This document shows positions 21,401 through 29,211 of a stretch of DNA of 64,000 nucleotides, piece after piece; the first letter of the stretch is position 1, and the number at the start of each line of letters is the position of its first letter. The notes below the pieces were generated by a model that was not told the DNA's origin, did no database searches, and worked only from the letters and a program-made list of their open reading frames with translations. A program made the position numbers and the translations under genes. The DNA is taken from IMG/VR virus record IMGVR_UViG_3300027503_000002. One strand, written 5' to 3'. The stretch is from a virus.

Positions 21401-24400
21401 AATTGCAGGATCGATGTTTGCTCCGCTTAATCAGTTTGATTTTATTTCAAAAGTAAAAGGCTCTGCTAAAAACTTTGAGATGATTCGCGGCGCCAAGGGA
21501 TATGTTCCAAATTTTGCCGATAAAAAGCCAGCGACAATAAAGGGCGGAAAGGTTGATAGAAAAACATATACGGGACCAAGAGCGCTTGTTAGCGCTCAGG
21601 GTATAGCAGGCATGATTGTTCCTGACCAAGCTAATCAGGAAACAATGACTAATTATCTCAAGAAAAATCCTTGGGGCTTCCAAACAAAAGAAGACGTATA
21701 CCTTCCTCCAGAAAATAGTCTTATAACTAATGTAAGGTACAATACTTACGGCTTGAATGAGCAGGCGTTTGAAGGACAGGCTTTGAAGAAAAGCGGAACA
21801 CAAACCTTGATTGAAGCTGATGTTGAAAAAGCTGGCATAGAGATAGCGAAAAAATGGGCTACAAAATATTCAGATGAGTATGCGAAAAAGATGCCTGGCC
21901 GTTCAGTTAAAACTAATTATGATGAAAATTTTATCCGCACATCCTTTACAGAATCAGAAGGCGCCGTCTCGGCAATCTCTACTTTAGGAGGCGGTATATT
22001 TGAGTCTTCTATTAGGGCAGCTTTAGATACTCAAGTTGGACAAAGAATAGAAAAAGCACAAAAAGAAGATTCAAATAACAGGTTAGATTTCCCAGTTAAT
22101 CCATTTCTTAAAGAATTATTTGGTATTGGCGGTGGCGAGCAATTTGTAGATGCAAAGATTTCAGGAAGCCCCGGTTCAACAGGAAGAAAACTAGCTGATC
22201 AAATTGTTGCCGCTCAACTTTATAAACCATACAAAACTGTCAAGACTGCCGCAGCAGAAGGCTATATTCCAAATTTTGCACAAAAGAAACAGCAGTCTAT
22301 CTTGGCCCCATCTGGACAGTTCTATGACCTTGATACCGCTGACGCATTTCTTGCTGCATCTAATGTAAATCTTGAAGCCAAGCCATCTGCTCCAAAGGGT
22401 TTAGGGGATGAATTAAAGAAGAGAATTCTAACTTCAGCTAGAAGAGTTTATGGACCAAATGCACAGATTGGTATTTCAAGATTGCCGGGCAAGAGAGAGG
22501 CTTTCACTTCAACAGTACTGGCAAATCCAGCTTTAGCTGATGACTTCATTGCCTTGCAAAAAGCAACAACTGGTGGCGTTGGACCAGAGTCCAACACTCC
22601 AGAAGCTCTTGCAAAATTTAATAATCCAACGCCTTTTGATCCAACTCCTTGGCCAGCAGTAAGAGCGGTTGGCGGCAAAACTCGCTCGATTAAGAAGGTT
22701 GGGCCAAGATCTTTGAATGCCGCAGCGGGCTACATTCCAAACTTTGCAGATCTTTTTGTTGATTACGATTATACTATTTTTGGACAACAGCTTGGCAAGG
22801 CAACTGATTTTAATGCTCAAAAAGCATTAATTAAAAATATTCCAGAAGACCAAATGACTGAGCAGGAGCGCCAAGCTCGCGATGCTCAAATGAAGCTTTT
22901 GACTCCGTTTGGTCAAAAACTTCTGCAATCGAAGAAGCCTTTCAAACTTGCAACGGCAAGATGGAATGATTATCAACCTGGTATTGAATCCTCTTTGAAG
23001 GGTTTAGGTTTTAATGTTAATGGTGTTTTCGCTTTGGGCAGAGAGTTCTCTGAAGAGCAGTACAAGGTCGATAACCCCAAGTTTGCAGAAGAGATGAAAA
23101 AGCCAGAGGGTGAAAGAAATACTAGAGTAAAACCTAAAATCGATCCATCTGCTGCCCAGAAAAAAGCGTTGTTTTTTAAAGAGCGTGCGCCGAAAATTGC
23201 TACAGGCGATATTGATTTTGTAGATAATGATCCAGCGAACTTGCAAGCAGTAAAATCGCTGATGCCGAAAATAAATACGTTTACTCCTGATCAGTATGCG
23301 GCAAAGCTTTTGGCCCCACAGCGAGTAAAAGGAACAAAGGCTTCGCTGGGATATGTTCCGAACTTTGCTGATAATGACCCATTAAAAGAAGCTGTTAATA
23401 GAGAAGTTGGTGCTGGCGTGCCGCCCGCGCGCGTGCGCGTGACGCAGGATGAAAGATTAAAGAACTCAAAAAACCCAAATGGTCTCGCCGTTATCAACAC
23501 CAGAGACGAGCCAAATGGCAAGATTCCAAATGATTTTAGAGAAAGAGGAATGCGCGCGGCTATGGGAAGTAGAGGGTTTGTACCAAATTTTGCAGATCTT
23601 AGTACAAAACAAATTAAAGAAATTTTAGGCAAGTCTCCAAATCCAATAAGTGCAGAACGGTACACAGGTGGTGAAGGTTTTGATTACGGGGTTCAAACTC
23701 AAAAACAAGGAGATCAGAAACAGGAAGCAAATGATGAAACAAAAAAAATTGATATTGGCAAATTCCTTGTTCTTCAGACCGCAATAGTTGGAGCTACATC
23801 AGCAGTTCAGGCGTTCACAGAAGAAAATAGTAACGCGGCAAATGCTTTAGAAGGTGTAAACGCCGGTCTTTCTGGACTTGCAACATTCGCATCTTTAGCG
23901 GGAAGCGTAAACATACCTCTTAGAATATTTCTTGGTTCGTTGACGGCTTTAGCTTCCGCCGCTCCTTTGATCAGTAGAATTTTTGAAGCTCAAAAAACTC
24001 CCGCCGAAAAAGCTAGCGAGGCTTTAACAAAACTGGCTAGAGAGGCCGAAAGAACTGGTCAAAAACTCACGCCAGAAAATATTTTAGCAAAATTAACAGA
24101 AGGTCGTGCTGAAGGTAAACAAAAACAAGAGGCTGTAAAAGTTTCAGATCTTGTAGAAAAAGCAATAACTAGTACACAATCTGTTGGATTTCCAGATATT
24201 TCTAAGGACTTGATAAAACAAATAAGCGCTGTTCTGTCTGCTACTGGAAATATAACAAGAGATCAAGAGGGCAAAATCACTGGAGTTGATACGGACGCAA
24301 TTAATAAAATTTTTGCAGGGGTGATCACAAAGACAACTGAACAAGGATTAGCTAGTCAAGATTTTATGGGAGGGGTTCAACCTGGTGTTGAGCGCACAGC

Positions 24401-27400
24401 AGTAAATGAAAATTTATTGCAAGAAAATGTCATTGATCTTTTAAACGATCAAATTAAAAATGAGAAACAAAGACTTTCAATTAGACAAGAAGGTCAAGTC
24501 TTAGATAAAGTTCAACAGGCGCTTTTGACTAGGGATAATGAACTACTTTTGTCTAGACAAAAAGCGCTTGAGTCTATTTTTCAAACACAGTTAAAAATAA
24601 ATGAAAAATATAATGAAGAGTCTTTAAGAATTGAAGGCTTGTCTGCTGCACTAGAAAGAGAGAAACAGTTTAGAACAGAATCTTACACAATATCCCAAAA
24701 AGCAGCCTTAGATAAAGAAAAAGCAGAAGCGGAATATAATAAAACTGTGGCGCAGATCGCGCTTGATTTAAGAAAAAATTTAGGCGCTGGGGCTAAAGAA
24801 TCTGTGCTTGGAGGAACTCAACAGGTTCAAGACTTTTTAGGCAATTTAGATACCAGTAAATTACAAGGCTTAATTGATGGATATGCCAATGCGCTTAAAA
24901 CTAACGAGCAAGCTTTAAAAGATGGTACAGTAAAAATTGATGACGTTTTTGGTTCAGTTTGGTCAAAATTTACAGAAGGACTTGTTGGCGTTCCTCCAGA
25001 ATTAAATAACTTAATACTGGGTTCAAAAGAGCAGTTTTTAGCTTTAGTAAGATCAGCTTATGAAACTAAAGCGAATGCCGATCAGACTAGAATATTAACA
25101 AATACGCAGATTGATTTCGCCGCAACAAATTCAGAAGCTAATACAGAACTTAGAAAATTACAAAGCGCATACAAACAGAATAGGTCAAGACTGGCGTACT
25201 TGAATAGCCGCAATGACGGAAGCGAAACTCAAGATATTACATCTGATGAAGCTGCGGCAGTTGAAGAACAGTTAAATATTCAAAGAGAAAAATTAATTAC
25301 TTCCATACAAGACTTGGAAATTGCTAATGCGGAAGAAATAGCCCTGCTTCCAGAAAAGAAAAAAGCTGATTTACAAAGAGTCCTAATTACCAACGGTCAC
25401 GCAAAATCAATTCGTGAATTAACTGGAATCGATCAGGCAGCGGCAATTGCAGCTTCAAATCTTAGTGAAGAAACTGATAAAAGAGTATTTCAGTTAAAAA
25501 CTGACGCTAAAAATGCAGAACTAAAGCTTAATACAGATAATAATTTATTAAATGCAGAAACAGACTTGATCGACGCCTATAATCAAGCCTACAAAGGCAG
25601 TATCCAAACTGAAACTGTTGCAGCTAAATTAAGAAGTGCTCAATCAAAATTGACAAAATCCGAGTCTGATAAAGATGATGAATTACAAGTTCAAATTGCT
25701 CTTATACAGCAAAATTGGAAAGGTGAAAGCAGAGATATCCAAAGAAAGACTGAGCTTTTAAGAGAGCAGAATAAAAAGATCAGTGTAACTCAGCAAGCCA
25801 TACGATTAGAAGAGCAGTTAAATCTTGAAGCTGAACAGTTAATTGAAGCTAGAAGAAAAGCCTCCGCAGCGCTTTCAGAAATCAATCTGACAAAAGCGAT
25901 TGAAAATCAAATTACTTCCGCTGGAACTGCAAACATTCAGGAAATAACAAAAACAATAGTGCAAGGCCGAGCTTTAACACAAACTGGAGTACAGTCTAGT
26001 TTTGAGCAGCAGGCAAGAGCTTCGGTTTTTGAAAGAAGAATGGCTGGAAGAACAGAAGTTGATCTAAGAGAGAGTACTAATATTCTTAGTGGGAGAGACA
26101 ACTCCATTCAGCAAAATTTACAAATTCAACGAGGCGTTCTTCTCGATCAGGCCGAAACATTCCAGCAAATTATTGGTAATCAGACACCAAAACTGTTTGC
26201 GGATGGAATGGCGGAAGCGATGCAGGCTGCTCTTAATCAGGCAGATGATCTTGGTGGCGCATTAAGAAATGTTGCCCTTAACTTCCTAAAGAGCCTTCAG
26301 AGCGCATTTTTACAAAGTGCTTCAAGACAGATTGTAGCTTCTATTCTGCCAACAGGCGCGGCAAAGGGTGGCTATGTAAAGGGTTACGCAACTGGTGGTC
26401 TTGTGACTGGCGGTAGCGGATATAAGGATGATGTGCCAGCAATGTTGAGTGAGGGTGAATATGTAATTCGCAAGTCTTCTGTTAAAAAGTATGGCGCATC
26501 TAATCTACAAAAGCTAAATTCAGGAGAAGCTCCTAAGTTTGCAGCTGGTGGCATTTTCCTACCCGGTATTCGTGGCCAAACTGAAATTTCAGGCTATAAG
26601 GATTTAACCGCTTTTGCTAAACAAACAACAACAAGCGGCGCAACAGATGTATTAGCTGGCGGCGCAACAACCGCTTTTGCCAACCTTGAAGATCAAAGCT
26701 CAAGACTTTCTGCTTATGCTTTGATGAGAGAGGATGACACCATAAATCAGGAGATTCGCAGCGCTCAAGAGCAGGCTATGAATATAATGGCCGAAAGAGA
26801 AGCTTACAGAACTGCTGAAAGAAAAGCATTTCAGAAACAGCTTGTTGGAACAGTAGCCTCCGCTGCTTTAAGTTATGGAATAAATGCTGGGGTTGGAAAA
26901 TTAGGAAGTCTATTTAGTGGTGCGGCAGCGGCTGGAAAGGGTTCCGCTACTGGATTAGGTTTAATGGACCAAGTTTCTGGCAAAACTCAATTTTTGACAA
27001 ATGCGAAGCCTTTTAGTTTTCAATCTCCACCAGCATTCAATTATAGCTTTGGCCCAACAAAGGCTTATGGTGGAATGATCAAGCGTTACAACGCTGGCGG
27101 TCCAACAGACGATATTCCCGCACTTCTTATGGGTGGCGAGTATGTAATGAATCGCCAAGCAACCAAGAAATACGGTAAACAATTCTTTGATTCGATCAAT
27201 CAAGGCCGCGCTCCAAGATTTGCTGATGGCGGTCAAGTTTCCACCGCAGAGCCAAGCTTCGCTGAGAAAGCGGCGACAAGTTCTGACTCTAAAGCCGCAG
27301 GAGCTACAAATGTTAGCATCAATATCAATGTAACTGGCGGAACATCAGATACCCAGACTCAGGGTGATACCAAACAGGGCGGCATTGACTACAAGAAGAT

Positions 27401-27479
27401 GAGCGAGCAGATCAAACAAGTCGTCATCCAAACAATCAATGAGGAAAAGAGACTAGGCGGATCATTAAGAAGTAGATAA
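18411..27479 (+). CDS. tape measure protein with internal enzyme-cassette array
   Basis: N-terminal TP901-type TMP region (FSRQG, GGAVIGNAFKTIFTRI), hydrophobic segments, long coiled coil, duplicated C-terminal DDVPAMLSEGEYV / DDIPALLMGGEYV motifs. Confidence 0.9.
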   Translation: MAKGITVPVVQSGLEASIEAAAKKAGPLTLSASVDPGSFKRLAQPLGRVSGLATEFEKSIAASNARVIAFGASVGIINGVQNAFATLVKTTIEVEKSLANIAIISGKTTQELEPFSRALFEIAKTTSQSFQTASEAALEFSRQGLGLEETLKRTQDALTLTRFTTLSAAEAVDVLTAAANSFGATGITTSEILNKLVAVDTKFAVSAEDLAKGLSRAGSIAQEVGVSFDELNAIVTIAQERTARGGAVIGNAFKTIFTRIRSDETIKALQSIGIYSFDAEGRLRPVVSLLEELAGKINTLSETKRIEVLEAIASKYNINVLTALVDDLGSTASKFREARDVSAGAQSEAYQRQIELNQTLDAVITRVTNSAAQLADTLGRIGVTDSLKSLLNFFDNILTGINDVIDSEGIGGTIAKGLISGLSGVFFKIGIPLLLAIFVKLTKDIAQFGTESLKTILGINKEVRERQALEQAVVNTLIKDQQVMATILSLSGDRRKQEEYLLSVYNRQLAALQQVQSIAANVAPALQAAGLSATSGTIKKRAAGGYLPAEEAKDVRRGVGGASPSSKVVEIPNFSFGGGKRGTMVANTSEYIVPNYAGGSGTAIFNQDMAKEYGLPPGAKKITASGGFVPANGFVPNFAAKKFNVFDQAKAKVKKDQEPIDYVDLDGIRRSAYLTLDASIDPVGRFSKLQSSAQQKLTEKLGPIAENAKIVPDQGSIEFVQINKSLQRDDLVQKIRETKNKIQANPKAKIDKDIEDIIQSILPETKGSVDNNLKAAVKTELQVQGPAAFRSGNILEDILFKKITGTIEGRNSKTWDLPAEQSGAFKSRFGFKSKFGDIKLGSSTSSISSFIGKHIISPTGQNASGGYIPNFARYVYDADRVDADKNNLLKAILASRVKKNLIVGPAGSGKSTYGESLGSFITNIAQLTDASEIDILSGAARTKDGGVSKNFQQISDAVNASGGKISYLYTGNMDILSRRTGRIAEGPKQGDLRSKKQIAGSMFAPLNQFDFISKVKGSAKNFEMIRGAKGYVPNFADKKPATIKGGKVDRKTYTGPRALVSAQGIAGMIVPDQANQETMTNYLKKNPWGFQTKEDVYLPPENSLITNVRYNTYGLNEQAFEGQALKKSGTQTLIEADVEKAGIEIAKKWATKYSDEYAKKMPGRSVKTNYDENFIRTSFTESEGAVSAISTLGGGIFESSIRAALDTQVGQRIEKAQKEDSNNRLDFPVNPFLKELFGIGGGEQFVDAKISGSPGSTGRKLADQIVAAQLYKPYKTVKTAAAEGYIPNFAQKKQQSILAPSGQFYDLDTADAFLAASNVNLEAKPSAPKGLGDELKKRILTSARRVYGPNAQIGISRLPGKREAFTSTVLANPALADDFIALQKATTGGVGPESNTPEALAKFNNPTPFDPTPWPAVRAVGGKTRSIKKVGPRSLNAAAGYIPNFADLFVDYDYTIFGQQLGKATDFNAQKALIKNIPEDQMTEQERQARDAQMKLLTPFGQKLLQSKKPFKLATARWNDYQPGIESSLKGLGFNVNGVFALGREFSEEQYKVDNPKFAEEMKKPEGERNTRVKPKIDPSAAQKKALFFKERAPKIATGDIDFVDNDPANLQAVKSLMPKINTFTPDQYAAKLLAPQRVKGTKASLGYVPNFADNDPLKEAVNREVGAGVPPARVRVTQDERLKNSKNPNGLAVINTRDEPNGKIPNDFRERGMRAAMGSRGFVPNFADLSTKQIKEILGKSPNPISAERYTGGEGFDYGVQTQKQGDQKQEANDETKKIDIGKFLVLQTAIVGATSAVQAFTEENSNAANALEGVNAGLSGLATFASLAGSVNIPLRIFLGSLTALASAAPLISRIFEAQKTPAEKASEALTKLAREAERTGQKLTPENILAKLTEGRAEGKQKQEAVKVSDLVEKAITSTQSVGFPDISKDLIKQISAVLSATGNITRDQEGKITGVDTDAINKIFAGVITKTTEQGLASQDFMGGVQPGVERTAVNENLLQENVIDLLNDQIKNEKQRLSIRQEGQVLDKVQQALLTRDNELLLSRQKALESIFQTQLKINEKYNEESLRIEGLSAALEREKQFRTESYTISQKAALDKEKAEAEYNKTVAQIALDLRKNLGAGAKESVLGGTQQVQDFLGNLDTSKLQGLIDGYANALKTNEQALKDGTVKIDDVFGSVWSKFTEGLVGVPPELNNLILGSKEQFLALVRSAYETKANADQTRILTNTQIDFAATNSEANTELRKLQSAYKQNRSRLAYLNSRNDGSETQDITSDEAAAVEEQLNIQREKLITSIQDLEIANAEEIALLPEKKKADLQRVLITNGHAKSIRELTGIDQAAAIAASNLSEETDKRVFQLKTDAKNAELKLNTDNNLLNAETDLIDAYNQAYKGSIQTETVAAKLRSAQSKLTKSESDKDDELQVQIALIQQNWKGESRDIQRKTELLREQNKKISVTQQAIRLEEQLNLEAEQLIEARRKASAALSEINLTKAIENQITSAGTANIQEITKTIVQGRALTQTGVQSSFEQQARASVFERRMAGRTEVDLRESTNILSGRDNSIQQNLQIQRGVLLDQAETFQQIIGNQTPKLFADGMAEAMQAALNQADDLGGALRNVALNFLKSLQSAFLQSASRQIVASILPTGAAKGGYVKGYATGGLVTGGSGYKDDVPAMLSEGEYVIRKSSVKKYGASNLQKLNSGEAPKFAAGGIFLPGIRGQTEISGYKDLTAFAKQTTTSGATDVLAGGATTAFANLEDQSSRLSAYALMREDDTINQEIRSAQEQAMNIMAEREAYRTAERKAFQKQLVGTVASAALSYGINAGVGKLGSLFSGAAAAGKGSATGLGLMDQVSGKTQFLTNAKPFSFQSPPAFNYSFGPTKAYGGMIKRYNAGGPTDDIPALLMGGEYVMNRQATKKYGKQFFDSINQGRAPRFADGGQVSTAEPSFAEKAATSSDSKAAGATNVSININVTGGTSDTQTQGDTKQGGIDYKKMSEQIKQVVIQTINEEKRLGGSLRSR
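20307..23594 (+). repeat. seven dispersed G[FY][IV]PNFA peptide repeats within the TMP
   Basis: Copies start at 20307, 21006, 21498, 22260, 22728, 23349 and 23574. Confidence 0.95.
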
Positions 27480-28249
27480 TGAAATCATCAGTATCAAGCT
27501 ATGAAAACAGTCTTTATATCAGCGGCGTCAAAATATTTGGCGTCAACGATGTTAATTTCGGCTATTCTTTGCCGATTGAGCACATCAATGTTATCGGCGC
27601 TAATAAATTTACTACTTTTACCAATAACGCGCCGCAGTCAAACCTGAGTGTTCAGAAGTACCTTTCGCCAGCAGACTTCTTTTTAAATTTTACGGGGGCT
27701 GGACAGGTCAGCGGCGGTTTATTTTACAATAATAAGAATTTTACATTTAATCGCGCGTATCTTAATAATTATTCTGTTTCCTGCGCCGTTGGAAACTTTC
27801 CATCTCTAAGCGCCGATTTCACAATCTTTGGTAATGTAGGAACTGGTGTCGCAAGTTCGGGGGCTAGCCAAACAGGCGCACTATCAGTCGTCCGTCCTAG
27901 AGATATAGCTATTCGATGCGATGGTACTGGAACAAACAGAATCGAAGCTTTTACATACTCACTTGAGTGCCCAAGACAGGCTTTTTATCATCCAACTGGA
28001 TCAACTCCAATGGATGTTGTGACATTGCGCCCATTTAGGGCAACCGCCCAGTTCACGCTTGGCGTTGATGATTATGAGTCGAAAAGAGTTTTAGATTATA
28101 TTGTTGATTCCAACAAGCAGAATATTAATATAACAATAGGGTCTCTGGCGACATTTTCAATGAACAATATGGAGTTAATAAGTGAAACGATCAATTCGTC
28201 CGCAACTGACGAGCTTTCGTTAACGCTTACTTATCAAGGATTTGTCTAA
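27479..28249 (+). CDS. tail-tube-like protein (tube initiator/hub candidate)
   Basis: AYLNNYSVSCAVGNFPSLS resembles AYITNYTVEAAVGGLPTVS of 13239-14393. Confidence 0.55.
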   Translation: MKSSVSSYENSLYISGVKIFGVNDVNFGYSLPIEHINVIGANKFTTFTNNAPQSNLSVQKYLSPADFFLNFTGAGQVSGGLFYNNKNFTFNRAYLNNYSVSCAVGNFPSLSADFTIFGNVGTGVASSGASQTGALSVVRPRDIAIRCDGTGTNRIEAFTYSLECPRQAFYHPTGSTPMDVVTLRPFRATAQFTLGVDDYESKRVLDYIVDSNKQNINITIGSLATFSMNNMELISETINSSATDELSLTLTYQGFV

Positions 28250-29211
28250 TGTCATTTCTATACGACAGAGATTATAATGTCACAGGAACGGTTCAAACAA
28301 CGTTTGATTTTAAACCGTCTTATGGAACCTCTGTCAATTTTTCGGCGGATTTAAGCTCTTATGTTACTGTCGATAATTATTTATATTCAATGCCAAGAGG
28401 AATGAATCATTTGCAGATGACGGTGCAAATGCCATTTGAAAACAGAAAAGAGGCTGAAGCTACAAGAATTGCCAGTTTCTTTGAGAATCTTCGCGGCACA
28501 GGATATTTCACTTTTACCGATCCAGCTTCGATATACAAGCCAGTTAATTTATTTTGCGGCGGAATTCAAACTAATTTCACAGTCAATGATCTTTATACAA
28601 TACAAGTCGAATTGGCTACGGATCAAGTTTCGTCTCTTTTAAATTGGAATGGAATGTTTGTTACGGGCTCTGGCATAAAGGGAAGTTGGGCCACATCTAC
28701 TGCGTATTCAAAATACGATGTTGTCAGACATACTGGCAATGCATCTTTCCCGCAGAATACCGGCAACTTATATGATTGCTTTTATTACTGTACTGGCGAT
28801 CACACAAGCCAGTCTTCCATCAATGGCTCAGAAATTACCAACGGAAAATGGACGCAGGAGTTCTTTTTTCAGCCAACTTACTCGTCAACGGTGGGCAAAG
28901 AGACTTCTACTTTAAAGACAGAGTTGCCGTATTCATTCACAAAAAGAAGCGATTTTGGACTGCACGGAAATGTTCTAAAACAATTTACGATGGAGTTTAA
29001 GGGAATCACTGATCTTGAGGCGAGATCGATTTTACACTTTCTAACTGGAAGACAGGGCTATAGAAAGTTCCAGTATAAAATACCAAATATATATAATAAA
29101 AACAAATACTTTTTTGCACCAGAGTGGAAGCACACTTTTGTTTATAAAAATGTAAATGATATTTCAGTAACGCTGGTGGAAGATCCTGTCGGCATAAGGA
29201 GGGTTTACTAA
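28249..29211 (+). CDS. minor tail protein (distal-tail-like, internally duplicated)
   Basis: Two similar halves (F.PSY/F.PTY; FFENLRGTGYF / FLTGRQGYRKF); located just downstream of the TMP. Confidence 0.55.
   Translation: MSFLYDRDYNVTGTVQTTFDFKPSYGTSVNFSADLSSYVTVDNYLYSMPRGMNHLQMTVQMPFENRKEAEATRIASFFENLRGTGYFTFTDPASIYKPVNLFCGGIQTNFTVNDLYTIQVELATDQVSSLLNWNGMFVTGSGIKGSWATSTAYSKYDVVRHTGNASFPQNTGNLYDCFYYCTGDHTSQSSINGSEITNGKWTQEFFFQPTYSSTVGKETSTLKTELPYSFTKRSDFGLHGNVLKQFTMEFKGITDLEARSILHFLTGRQGYRKFQYKIPNIYNKNKYFFAPEWKHTFVYKNVNDISVTLVEDPVGIRRVY

Noticed and set aside
20307-23594. TMP cassettes as inteins
   Set aside because: They have no Cys/Ser start or His-Asn end; the boundaries are the GxxPNFA motif instead.
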